From Camelus dromedarius (Eukaryota): DNA of 64,000 nucleotides. A program made the translations under genes and the position numbers. Numbering within the stretch: position 1 is the first letter of the stretch; each line of letters starts with the position of its first letter. The DNA is taken from the NCBI RefSeq assembly GCF_036321535.1, contig NC_087436.1, positions 18,912,001-18,976,000 of the forward strand, given 5' to 3'. The notes below the pieces were generated by a model. It was given only the letters and a program-made list of their open reading frames with translations, searched no databases and was not told where the DNA came from. Below, in pieces: positions 34,714-47,655 of this stretch.

Positions 34714-35160
34714 GTTTACCTTCTTTCCTTAGTGTTCATTTCCTTCAACCTGGCATTTAACAAGACATTCTGAGTCTTTAATGTCTCCAATTGATCACTA
34801 GGTGGCAACATTGTTCTTTTATGTTAGCAATGACTATGATAAACATGATGAATTTATTTTTCCAACAACCAAATTTAAAAAATTAGAAAGCAAAGACTAG
34901 TAATTTAAATGAATCCTTTTGTATAATAGGACAAAAGTAGAGCATATTAAATTATGAGTTTGCAATTTACTTACCTAGAAAGCGTACTTAAACAACATTC
35001 TGTTTTTATGCATCTTTTGAAAACAGACATTTGTGCCTGGTGCTTATAGAACATAGCGTGGCCTCAGGTCCTCTGGTCTTCCTGGCTGCAAGGAACTGCC
35101 CAGATGTTGGATGATTAAAAAAAATCATTTAACATCTCTTGATTTTGCAACATCCTGGAG

Positions 35161-35325
35161 CAGTGGTTTCCACTCAGAGGCATTACATTTAATAAATAAA
35201 AGATTCTAGGGAACTTTCCTCAGAGATTCTGATTCAGTAGATCTGCACTGGGGCCTGAGTGCCTGGATTTTTGAAAGCGCCCTCACATGCTTCCAATTGT
35301 CAGTAACTTTGGAAGGGGTTCCAGT
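35161..35325. mobile_element. MER5A-like hAT-Charlie MITE
   Basis: Contains 'cagtggtt...cagagattctgattcagtagatctg...ggggcctgag'. Confidence 0.7.
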
Positions 35326-35804
35326 GTCCTTAACTTCTCCGGCAACAGAATCCTCAAAACAAAATGAATTTTAAAGCCATTTAATTTAAAATTGTCATAT
35401 ACACTTTTTTTAAGAGAAAAAGTCTTAACAAAAAGTACTCAAGCATCTCAATTATGAAAAAGTTGAACCTGTAAAAATAGGAGAGCTCCAGTAATTGAAA
35501 TATGTATTCACCTGCTGCATCTAAAACAAAGGTTATCAGACCTGCGTGCGGGCTGGAACTGATGTACTGAGAGCGCCAGCTGGAGAATAGTGCCGTCTCT
35601 CCTGTGTGTTCTTTATGATGGAAGATTTTCAAACTGGGGGGTGGCGGATTTCTACAGAAATGATTTCAGATATTCCAGAATGATGTCCCTCTATTGCTAC
35701 TCTATTGAAGATTAGTATGCATATCTTTAAAACTCATTCAGTATCACTTTTCAAAATGTGAGGGGCCCTTCAGCTGGAAGTGGTTTTCTTTGTCATTATT
35801 CATT

Positions 35805-35880
35805 TCCCCTCTCCTCTCCTCCTCTGTCTCTCTGTCTCTCTCTGTCTCTCTCTCTGTGTCTCTGTCTCTCTTTCTTCCTG
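35805..35880 (+). repeat. (CT/CTGT)n simple repeat
   Basis: Read directly from the sequence. Confidence 0.9.
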
Positions 35881-38838
35881 TCATTATTTGCTTTGGGTCC
35901 TTATTTACTTTTTGGTTTAATACGATAGCTTCAGACCAACTTATCACTGTTCAAATATTATTTGCCTTGACCCATTTGAATCCACTGACCTCATGAGCTT
36001 TTTTTTTTTTTTTAAATCTGATTTCTTTTCTGTAATCAAAAATATCATGGCAATTAGCATTAGGAAACAAACACAGCACCTTTCTGGTGTTAATTCATGG
36101 TTTGAAATAAAGGCCCTCCTAATGACAATTTAAAGAGAATGGTGCTTTCTTGAATGCATTTACAATTAAACTACAGACTCTTTTTAAACATGATAGAACA
36201 ATTTTATTTCCATTGAAAAAGAACACCAGAATGCCGCAACACAATTCTCCAATTTAAAAGAATCAAATCTGGAGCTCACAAAACTGTACTTATATGACTG
36301 TTGCTGGGAAACTCGCTGCTTTGTTAAATTCCTGTGTCTTCTTTTATTTCCTTAGTTCTTTAAGAAATCCTTAAATTTAAGGACAAGAAGATTCCTGTAT
36401 GTTCTCTAGTTCATAAAAGGCAATTCTAATTTTTTTTAAAGACAGTTGGAAGGACACCCCATCAGAATCGACGTGTGCTTTGGCTTCAGAGTCAAACACA
36501 AATCAGAGCCACCCTCACGTGGGGAGCTGCTCATTCTTCTCATAAATGGTGTCCACACGTACCCCCTCCCTGCATCCGGGTGATGGCCCTTGGCAGTAGG
36601 ACCAGAGTAAACAGAACATTCCATTTTGGAAGTTTTAGTTTGGAGGCAGACTCACTGAAGGTGCCCTGACGGGAGGTGCTCCCACTGAGCTGGGCCAGCA
36701 GAGGGACCTGGAGTTCCACACATTTGTCCAGGGCGGTGGGGGAGCCTGTGTGTCCAAATAAACATTTATTTTCTGAGAATTGCATTCCCTGTTTCCCTCC
36801 TTTAAAAAATGCAAGAGAATTATCTGCTGGAAAACATTCAGATTTAGATCAAAACAGAAAAATGAAGCCACGCTCTCTAGTGAGAAAGCTAAACCGTACC
36901 TCTTCCCTCCTGAAAAATTGTCAGTGATTTTGATTAGCAGGAAACCACTGACACTACAAATCAACCCTGTTTTAATTTTTAAAAGACACTCGAGGTGTGT
37001 TTCACAGCACCTGGTGCCTGTGCAAACTAAAAAATTAAAATAAATTAAAAAAATATTTTCAACCCCCGCAAAAAGTATGTGTATGTTTGAGTGGGAGGGC
37101 CTCTAAATTTAGAAGAAACCAGATCTTCAACACCAGAAAACCCCCTCCTGGCTTCCAAATGTTTACCTTTCTGCAAAGCTGGCCCACCAAGTACCTTCTC
37201 TCTTCAAAAGGAAATCCTGGCACCTAGAAGGTTGGGCTGACAGTGAGGATTACGACGACTCGTTTAATGAGCAGCGTGACTGAACCACGCAGGGGACGCT
37301 GAGGAGTTTTCTCGAAAGGACTAGGTTTGTTGTTTGCATTTTGTTGTGTCGTGTGCTTCCACCATCCCTTATTTTGACAAGCTGTCCAAAAGTTTGGGAT
37401 GAACCTGGGCAATTCTTTTGTTTGTTTGTTTTTAAACCTGGTTGCTAAAAAAGAGATGGTACCTCCCCTTATGTGCCTGTGCGCCTTAAGTGAGCATCTG
37501 GCATTAATACAGCACCAAAGCTCCCCGAGGTCTGTGTATACTGATGCGCAGGGACCGGGGGATGCGCTTATTCTCTTAAAACACTAGGCCACCGTCCGCT
37601 AAGTAAAGGCTCTTCCCTAAACGGGAGGCAAGTTGCCAACCCCTAGTGCTGGAAGGAGCTCATCTGCAGAAATCATTGCCTGCACTCCAGGCTTCTCCTT
37701 GGAGCTGCAGCTCCACTCCGATGTCTGCCTCCTCCCTCTGAGATGAGCGTCTACTCCAGTCATTTTCCTCCATGGACCGTGGATGTTCAGCCTCTCACAA
37801 CCCGAAGATCACTTTCCTTAGAAGTCCAACCTAAATTTCCCTTCACTAATTTACAGGGATGACTTTTTTTTTTTTTTTCTGATTAGAAACATACAGAATC
37901 TCCCTTATCGTTGTCAAGACAAACCCTCCAAATTCCTTTTGTTTTATATGTTTATCATTTTGCTTCTGAAGTTTGGACTTACGTCTCAGCTAGTGCAGTT
38001 TCTCTTCCGAATCGTTTCGAACTTTTCACCATTTCCCTTATTTATAGAGCAATTAACTGAAACTAAGATGCTATTAAGTAACTGGTAAATGTTGAATTAC
38101 AAGAAACATGGGATGAAACACTGAAAGCCATGCATAGTAATAAGGTATAAACCTGCTATTGTGGAATTCTAAATTTCGTGGCTGACTAGTAGAAAGAACA
38201 AACTTGCATGTCCTATTAGTAAGTAGCTTTATTCTCTCGCAATTGATAGAATCAGACTCAGTGACTTACAAAATCCCTAAAAAGCAAACAAGTGGGTTAT
38301 AAATAATCTGAAGCTCCTAGCCTTTTCTTTTATCCTAGAATTTTCAGATTTCTGTGTATAATATATTTTTCTTCATGGCAAAAGGGCACCTATTTTGTTC
38401 AAAGACTACATTATTTACCTACTTCAGAGTCATTTTGTGAGGGTGGTTTAAAGGTTGTGGAATAACTGTAAACATCTGCAAGACAAGAGGTGTATGTTTT
38501 TAAAAACAGATGCTCGGGTGCTTGGCTTTTGAAGGAAAGAAAAACATAGACTGATTTTTTGGAGATGTCACAATATTGTGATTATTAAACAGAACATCTG
38601 CTCCTCCTTTGAACAGACTTTAGTATTGACAAGGTCTAAGGTTTCCATTCACAGAGTTGTAGATGAGATGGAAATAACCGTAGTCAGGAGAGATGCTTCC
38701 AAGACTGGGAAATACAGACCACGACCAGCAATGATTAGTAAAGGCACATTGTTTCAGAGAAAACTCTACGCTGATTCAGAAAGCAAACGTACAAACCGGG
38801 TCCCGAAGTGGATGGTTGCACCCGTCCCAAAAGAAGAC

Positions 38839-38842
38839 GTGT

Positions 38843-38882
<40 letters not shown>
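38839..38882 (+). repeat. (GT)n microsatellite
   Basis: Read directly from the sequence. Confidence 0.97.
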
Positions 38883-38888
<6 letters not shown>

Positions 38889-39721
38889 CTGTGGCCAACG
38901 GCTTTTTGCCTCTGGGGCAGCAGACATAAGCAGGGGGTAGCTGATAGCCAGAATTCCTTGGCTAATTCCTTCTCACTCCTTAATGGCTGAGACTCAAACA
39001 AATCCAGACTTTTGGACAGGGAGCAGGGTGTTAACTTCTAAACAAAACCACACAACATGGCACTCAGAGGAGACCAGCCTTGACAACTAGGAAACATCAG
39101 AGCAGAAAGGAGCCTCGTGACACTGGGCTCTCCAGGTTCCAGAGGAAGAAGCCGTCCCCAGATATGGGTGCCTTTCAGAGAACTCTCCGCGAGGCCGTGC
39201 TGGCCAAGGCGGTTTCCCGCACCCTATTCTAGGTCATGGCCTGTCTAGGTCAAGCTGGGTCTTTCCCACTAACACTCCTCTTCCTCACTCTTCTCAAGGG
39301 GAAGGCAGTCTTGAAGTGACAACATGAATATTTGCTGGGCTTGGTTTCGGTAACTTAAATAACCCCTTGATTTGAACCAGATCAGCAGAGGACTGTGTGT
39401 CTCACCTGTTGGAGGCGGACCTTGGTGAATTCCACTTTCGTGTGGTGCCGCTGGCTTGTATTGTCCCCAGGAAACGGCTCCATGAAATCTGCTGTTCTAC
39501 TCACTGCAGGGACTCTCAGGCTGCCATCCACAAAATCAGGCCACTGGGGATGCTCTGACACGACCCAGGGGAAGATAGCTTTAAAGCTGCAGAATCCAGG
39601 AGAAGCCATGATTCTCCTCCAGATTTGGTGTGTGTGTGTTTTTTCCAATGCTGTGAGTCTTGCCACTGAGTATTTCCTTTTTGATCAGGCTGTTAGGAAG
39701 CATCATTTGTCACCAGAAAGT

Positions 39722-39960
39722 AGAATAGAGTGGTGATTAGAGCTTAAACTTGAGAACCAGAAAGGCCCAGGTTGGTGGCTTAGCACCTGCACTTAGCCCC
39801 TGGAAGCCTCGGTTTCCTCATCTGTAAGATGCAGGTGATAATAGTCTTCCTATGGCTTTACTGTGAGAGTTGACTATGTTCACAAAGATAATGAAGGTGA
39901 AACATTGGGCATCTTGAATGGCCCATGGTAAATGCTTAATAGATGTCAGTGATTATTATT
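39722..39960 (+). mobile_element. MIR SINE
   Basis: Contains 'gcctcggtttcctcatctgtaagatg...atggtaaatgcttaatagatg'. Confidence 0.8.
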
Positions 39961-39961
39961 A

Positions 39962-40560
39962 CTTATTCATGCAACAAACGATAACATAGAGTTAAGCAAT
40001 AATGTGTCAGGTACTGTGTTAGCTGTTGGGAATAAAATACAGAACGACTTACACCCAGTCCCTATTCTCAGAGAGTGCATTATCAGACAGCACACGTGGG
40101 CTATTCAGTAAATGGTCAAGCGTTGGTAGATGCCATAATGAGGGAGGTTCAGGATCATCAGAACTGGGGATGAACCCAGAACTGGAGGAAGAGCAGGTGT
40201 AAGTTCACCCAGAGGAGAGGCAGAAGAGCCTCGCTGGCAACTCTGTGCAGGGAAGGGCACACCCGAATTGTTGACCAAGGTTCCATGTGGCCAGAGGGTA
40301 GAGTGGCCGGGGGGCTGAGAAGGACAGAGATGAGGTTGAGAGCAGTGAGGGGCTGGGTCACGAGAGCCTTGTAAGCGACAGGGAGGAGTTCTGATATTAT
40401 CCTAAATACTGCAGGAAGCCATCAGCATGCTGTAAGCAGGAATAAGACCTGATCTGATTTGCTTTTTAGAGGTATCACGCAGGCATGGAGAATGGGATCA
40501 GTGGGGGTGAGGCTGGAGGCGGGGAAATGGATTGGGCGACGATGGGTTCTGGACCAGGTC
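39962..40560 (-). mobile_element. L2 fragment
   Basis: Contains 'aatgtgtcaggtactgtgttagctgttgggaataaa' and 'taagcaggaataagacctgatctgatttgctttttaga'. Confidence 0.7.
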
Positions 40561-42303
40561 GCAGCATCCACAGAGTCAAATATATACCTTCCACCTCCCA
40601 GCAACCATATAGGAGCGAATGGTCTTCATTTGTATATTTTGGAATATTTTCTTTGGCTTTTTAAAAACCTGTTTTCCCCTTTGCTTTAATTTCAGCTCTT
40701 TATCACATGCTTTTGCATTGTGTGTCTTTTGGTTAGTCTTCTCAAGTATATTGCATGGAATGAAGATGGAGAGAAAGAAAGGAAAGAAAAGTGGAAGAAA
40801 GAGAAGAGAGGGTACTTATGAACTAGTGCTCTTTTTTCTAAATACATTAATTTCTTTTTTGGGGGGGTGTACATTTCTGTTTATTTTGAATTTTAATACA
40901 TTGTACAGATCATATAACCATCACATGATTATGATACAGAACAGTTTCATTGCTGCCCCAAACTCCCTTGTGCAATCCTAAATACATTCATTTCTAAAGA
41001 GCTGTAAGGTTTTTGTCACGGGTGTGACCTGCTTCGGGAGAAAGACCACAGAGCAGGCTCTTCTGAGTGTTTTCGCCATCGAGCGCATTATATCCTTGTT
41101 GAGGATGTGACCCAGATGGCCTTACTGTTTTAGGACCAACCCCGGCTCTCCTCCTTTGGTAAGCATCTGACTGTAATTCAGACACCTGGATGTTTAAGCC
41201 GGTGCAGTCAGAACAGTTTATAGAGTTTATCTCTTCCTCACCCAGCAAGGGTGTGTGAGACAGACTTGAGTAGCCAGGTGATACTCAATTGCATAATAGG
41301 ATAACCTGAGCGCTTTGAAGTCAAACAAAAGAAGTTCTCAACCTGGTTGGAATTAACCGATGCTGACTTGGGCTTTATCTTCCTTAGAGCGAAGGTGGTA
41401 CCATCAGGCAGGCAGGGAACCTGGTGGGTGCTAATGGGGGGGTTTTCAAGTTTGTCTTGCTTTTCTTAAACTATTAAGAAAGAACAAAAAACATTATTTA
41501 GAATGAAATCAGTTTCCAGGAAGAGGAGGAGGGGAAACCCTGAGAATTTATTATTCAAGAAAGAAATAGAGCCAAGGTGAAAAAAAAGCCCTCCTCGCAT
41601 CTCCTGGCCAGGTGCTCCGTGCATATAAATGTTTCAAGTTAAGCTTTAAGATCAAGGGAAAGTCTGTGGGGAGCCTTGTTTCCTGGAGATCTGCTTGCTG
41701 GAGCTGCTCCCGAATACAGGCTGCCCATTTTTATTTGGTTATTAAGGATTAAAGGGGGTGACGACTCTGGAATGGTAGTTCCTTGGTTTCCATTAACTTT
41801 GTACAAGATAGTGAAATGCAAGCTTCCAAGGGAGGGTTTGCATATGTATTTCGGGCTATCAGCTCCCACCCTGCCCTGTTATCTTGTGTGTCTGTTTAAC
41901 ACGAAATTGCCCTTCCTCTCCTGAGCTCAAACTAGAAAGCAGTCTGGCTGCAACAACTGAGATCTCTGTGCCTCTCAGAAATCCTCCTGGTTCGCACTGG
42001 AGTGTTGAGGGAAGATGAAAAGAATTTCACATTAGCTGGCCGCTTGCTCCAGATTCCGTGGCTGAGCCATCGCCTTCGAAAGAGACCCGCCCTGGCCCAA
42101 GTTTGCTGGGCTTTCGGCGTCTGAATACTCGAGCAGGGAGGCTACCCATCCCTCCATGTCCATATTTAGAATTTTGCTTTTTCATTGCTAGTGATCACAG
42201 CGTGTCCTCAAAACTAAAACACGTCTGAAGGTACGTTTGTAAAGTGCCTACGAACGTTTAGTGATAAAATGACATACACCTGAAGAGAATGCCATACCAT
42301 TGG

Positions 42304-42372
42304 GGTGGGTCATTTTATTTTATTTTATTCGACTTTATTTTATTATTATTTTTTGTGGTGGGTCATTTTATT
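42304..42372 (-). mobile_element. Tail-only retroinsertion with a perfect 16-bp TSD
   Basis: GGTGGGTCATTTTATT at 42304-42319 and 42357-42372 flanks a 37-bp TTTTA-like tract. Confidence 0.65.
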
Positions 42373-42519
42373 ACAAAGATCTCAGAGTTTGGAGTCATAA
42401 GTGCTCTTAATAGTCTTGAAAATAAAAGTACCAGTGAAGAAACAATAAAATAACCCAAATAAAAACCAATTCCTGACTTAATCCACCCCTAACAGAATGA
42501 GAACTCAGAGTTGATAAAA

Positions 42520-42680
42520 CTTGACTCTCTATCATCAACATTTTTCAACCCCACCACAACTCAGGAAGTTCAACGTATAGACAGGCTGAATCGAAGAGAC
42601 CAAAGTGACTTGTCCCGTGTCATGTGACTAGCAGATCGTCCATTTGGAAGGAAACCTATATCTATCTGGACTCTGGTTCT
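42520..42680 (-). mobile_element. MIR fragment
   Basis: Contains 'aagtgacttgtcccgtgtcatgtgactag'. Confidence 0.5.
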
Positions 42681-43829
42681 TATGATTTCAGTGCTGCACA
42701 TTTTTCGTCAATGATTCCAAGGTTTTGTAGCACTGAAGTCAGCTGCATGGTATGAACAGTGGCAGATGAGCTAAAGAAATTCATCTCTTCAACAGCAGCT
42801 CTTACTGACTGTAGGGTTTTAACTGGAATTTGTGTCTGCTCGGGCCTGAGTTGTTTTATATTATAACGCCATAGGTTCATGTTCATGGCTATGCGATAGC
42901 ATGGTTATTTTTAAAAGTTCTAATCAATCATTATATGTCCATGGTCATTACTACTTGGTAATGAACACAAAGATTATAGACGTGTAGTTTCGCTTAGTGG
43001 TTATAGCACTTGTCTGTTGCAGCGTGAACTGCTTCTGTCTGAGATGGAATAATAGCCTAGAAATAAAGACGTAAGGTATTTTAGTGCGATGCATAGTAAT
43101 CCTTAGACCTCTGCGAGGTACCTGCTCGCCCTCTGCTTTTAAAAGGTTTCTGAATCTATTATGTGGGTCTTTAAGGCCTATCAGCCTTCCTCACTTACAC
43201 AGCCAGTGTCCACCCTGTTTCTCCTGTGTCTGGGGAGCTGAGCTGGTCCAGAGCATCCAGAAGTCAGCTAGAAAGAGGACATCACTGACCTCCGAGAGCT
43301 TCGAGTCAGCCAGCCGATCCAGCAGTCGTGGAAGGAGGCTGGTGGGAAGGGGGCATCCTCGTTAGTAGGTCCAGGGTCGCTCAGGCCTCCGTGGAAGCAC
43401 TGAGTGGAAACAGAAAGTGAAGAATCAGTATTGTCTCAGCATGTCCACCACTGTTAGTCAAACTGATGGGATGGCGATAAACCCATGATTTTCTCCTGCA
43501 CTCCTTGTTGCCAATGTTCATGATGAAAATTTATGATGTAATTTACCATTGTTTTGCCCTGAATATTTTCCTGAATATTATTTCTTACTGTAAGACAACT
43601 CTGTTTAGGGCTGAATTGTTTGGGGATAAGAATGAGAAAATATAAGGAGAATTAAGCTAACAGACAACCCAACAAAATGAAAGTTGCAATTTGGATGATC
43701 TAAGAAAACCTAGGGTGCACGTTCCACCAGGGCCATTAATAGGTTCCCTGTAAGTTGTTATTTATTTATTTTTTTTAGGAACTTCTGTTTTAGATGACGA
43801 GAACAGCTAAGATTCCACCGCCCTGGAGG

Positions 43830-44020
43830 TTTATACAGCTCATTCCCATGTGCTTTCATCTCTAGATCTTTAAACAGCCCCATGACTACGACCTGGTCAG
43901 AGCAGATGTTACTACCACCATTATTCAGTGGAGGAAACTGAGGCTTAGGGATGCATTAAGCATAACTAGTTAGTAGCAGAGACTGGAATTTGACTCCAAA
44001 TTCAATCATCTTTCTACTAG
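43830..44020 (-). mobile_element. MIR SINE
   Basis: Contains 'gaggaaactgaggcttaggg...agtagcagagactggaatttga'. Confidence 0.7.
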
Positions 44021-45164
44021 TTTCTCCCTACTATGAATTCTAAATCGGGTCTTCAAAAATTTAAAATACGCTCAGCAGTTATATCCAGAATTTAAAACAC
44101 GCAACATGTCTAGGTAAGTAGCTATTCTGGGAGATAAATGATCTTCAGATCACCCACCCTTCCAAGCAACTTCATCTCAGAACTGAGAGTGAGTTCAAGA
44201 GTTTTATCCAGCTTCAGAATAGAGGATCCTTTGGGAAAATAATTTTAAAGAATGTGGATCACCAGTTAATTTTGACCGGTTATTTTTTCCCAAACCAAAC
44301 TATCTGGCATTTGTGTCTTATTTCTTCCTGCTGCCAATAGCTGGACCCACACATGTTCAGACCTCACACAAAAATGCCAACGTCTGCACATTTTCGCGAC
44401 GAACAAGCATTTTCAGTCAAAGCAGAGAGAAATGAGGCTCTGCCTGTCTGTTGCAATAACATTAATATTATCTCTGTACAGCTGCTTTTAGAAGTGCAGA
44501 GTTAAATGCAGAGCCCTGGAGATGCCTAGGAGCACACATAAGATGAGCACAGCCATTCACGGAAGACCTAAGACACCGAAAATTTGCAGGATAAACTTTT
44601 CACCATGACAAAAGTAGAGCAGTGTCGCCTATTCCAGTATGAGATTGACAGCGGGAAATAATGACAATAAGTTTCGTGTAGGATGTATTTTTGATGCAGA
44701 GAGTTGGAAGAGCTATATTTGTGTTCTTGGTCAGAGTAAGTCACAGTATTATTAACTACCCATGTAAATTTGGGCTCAGGAATAAAAAGGCTGAAATCTG
44801 AGGGTGGCCAAGCCAGTCTGGCTGTGGATAAGCTAAGGAAGAGTAGATGGGAAATAAACATTCATGACAGGCGTTGTGACAAGAAAGACCATTATATTAG
44901 TGGATAGCATTTCAGAATTCAGAGGAGCGGAGGGTCAGCTTTGCACCCAAAGCTGCAACTGCCAAACGGAAAGTGCTTAGTAAAACTGGCCTGAGGTTGC
45001 CCGTGCAAAGGCATTGATGGGGCTGGGCTGGCCTCTGGGGACGGGCAGGAGAACGCTAGTGTCCAGTGGCCTATTGACAGTTTCACTCTTATCCTTTCAG
45101 CTGCTGTTAACTGAGAAAAGAATTTTACACACACACACGCACACCTATGTATGTGCTTGCTTAT

Positions 45165-47655
45165 TTATGTCAGACTTAATTTTTTTTAGGGAAGTTTTAG
45201 GTTCACAGCAAGATTGAAAGGAAAGTATAGAGATTTTCCCTTGTCCCCCTGCCCCCACACGTGCATAGCCTCCCCCATCAGCAACACCCCCACCAGAGAG
45301 GTCCATTTGTTATAATCAATGAACCTACATGACACATCGTAATCACTCAAAGTCTGTAGTTTAATGATGTTTCACCCTTGGTCTTGTACATTCTATGGGC
45401 TTGGACAAATGTGTAATGACATGTATCCATCATTAGAGTATCAGAGAGAGAAGTTTCACTGCCTGAAAATCGTCTGTGCTCTGCCTATTCATCCTCCCTA
45501 CTCCCCCACCTCTAATTCTTGGCCCCACTGATCCTTATACTGTCTCTATACTTTTGTCTATTTCCAGAATATTGGAATGTTTCAGTACGTAGCTTTTTCC
45601 AATTGGCTTCTTTCACTTAGCAATATGAGTTTAAGTTTCCTCCATGTCTTGTCATGGCTTGATAGCTTATTTCTTTCTAGCGCTGAGTAATATTCCACTG
45701 CCTGGATGTACTACAGTGTATCCTTTCACCTACTGAAGGACATTTTGGTTGCTTCCAGGTTCTAGCAATTATGAATAAAGCTGCCATAAGTGTTTGTGTG
45801 CAGGTTTTTGTGTGGACATAAGTTTTCAACCCCTTTGGGTAAATACCAAAGCATGTGATTGCTGGACTATATGATAAGGGTATGTTTAGTTTTGTAAGAA
45901 ACTGCAAAAATGTCTTCCAAACATTTTCACCATTTTGCATTTCTACCAGCACTAAATGAGAGTTCCTGTTGCTCCCTGTCCTCATCCACATTTGGTATTG
46001 TCAGTGTTGGATTTTTGGCCACTTTTAACAGGTATGCACTTGTATCTCCTTGTCATTTTAATTTGCATTTCCATGATGACATATGATTTGGAGCACTTTT
46101 TATATGCTTATTTGCCATCTGTATATCTTCTTCGGTGAGATGTCTGTTCAGGCACTTGGCCCATTTTTTATTTGGGTTCTTTGTTTTCTTATTGTTGAGT
46201 TTTGAGTGCTCTTTGTATATTTGGATAACCATCCTTTATCAGATGTGCCTTTTGTGAACATTTTCTCCTAGTCTATGGTTTGTCTTCTCATCCTTATGAC
46301 TTTTTTCCTTCACAGAGCAGAAATTCTTAATTTTAATAGAGTCCAGCTTATTAGTTATTTCTTTCATAGACCATACCTTTGGGGTTATATCTAAAAAGTC
46401 ATACCCAAGGTCATCTAGATGTTCTTTTATGTTAGCTTCTAGAAACTGTATAGTTTTACATGTTACATTTAGGTCTATGCTCCATTTTGAGTTAACTTTT
46501 GTGAAGGGTGTAAGGTCTGTGTCTAGATCCATCTTTTTGTAGGTGGATGTCCAGTTGTTCCAGCACAGTTGGTTTAAAAGATTATCTTTTCCCCATTGTG
46601 TTACATTTGCTCCTTTGTCAGATGTTAATTGACTATATTTATGGAGTTCTGTTTCTGGGCTCTTTACTCTATTCCACTGATCTATTTGTCTCTTCTTTCA
46701 TCAACAGCATACTATTTTGATTACTGTGGTTTTATAGTAAGCCTTGAAGATGGGTAGTGTCAGTGCTCCAACTTTGTTCTTTTTCAGTATTGTGCTGGCT
46801 TTTCTGGATCTTTTATCCCTAATATAAACTTTAGAATCAATTTGTTGATATCCACAAAATAACTTGTTGGGATTTTGATTTTGATTGTATTGATCGAGTT
46901 GGGAAAGACTGACATCTTCCTATCCATGAACATAAAATATCTCTTCATTTACTTAGTTCTTCGACTTCATTCATCAGAATTTTGTAGTTTTTCTTATATA
47001 GATCTTGTTCCTATTTTCTTAGCTTTATACCCAAGTGTCTCCTTTTTCGTGGTGATAATGTAGATGGCATTTTGTTTTAAATTTCAAATTCTACTTGTTT
47101 ACTGCTGATACACAAGAAAGAAATTGACTTTTGTATATTAACCTTGTACCCTGAAACCATATTATAATCTCTTGTTAGTTCCAGGAATTTTTTGTTGTTG
47201 ATTCTTTCAGATTTTCTACAGAGATGATCACGTCATCAGTGCACAAAGATGATTTTATTTCTTTCTTTCTAATCTATGTACCTTTTCTTATCTTGTCTTA
47301 TTTCATTAGCGAGAACTTTGGGTGAGGGGACCATCCTTGCTTTGTTCCTGATCTTCATGGGAAAGCTTCTAATTGCCCATCATTATGTATGATGTTAGTT
47401 GTAGGTATTTTGTAAATGTTCTTGATCAAGTTGGGGAATTTCTCCCCCATTCCTAATTTACTGAGACTTTTTATCATGATGGGCATTGGATTTTGTCAAT
47501 GTGTTTTCTGCTTTATTGACATGATCATGTAATTTTTCATTTTTAGCCTGTTGATGTGATGGGTTACATTAAACTGATTTTTGGATGTTGAACCAGCCTT
47601 GCTTACCTGGGATATATCCCTTTTGGTTATAGTATATAATTTCTTTCTATATTGT
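45165..47655 (-). mobile_element. About 2.5 kb of L1MC1/2-like element (3' half of ORF2 plus 3' UTR), decayed
   Basis: 3' end reads 'ttttaggttcacagcaagattgaaaggaaagtatagagatt'. Minus ORFs 46239-46532 (DLTPFTKVNSKW..DLN) and 45677-45991 (ALFIIARTWKQPKCPS) are ORF2p remnants. Confidence 0.92.
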
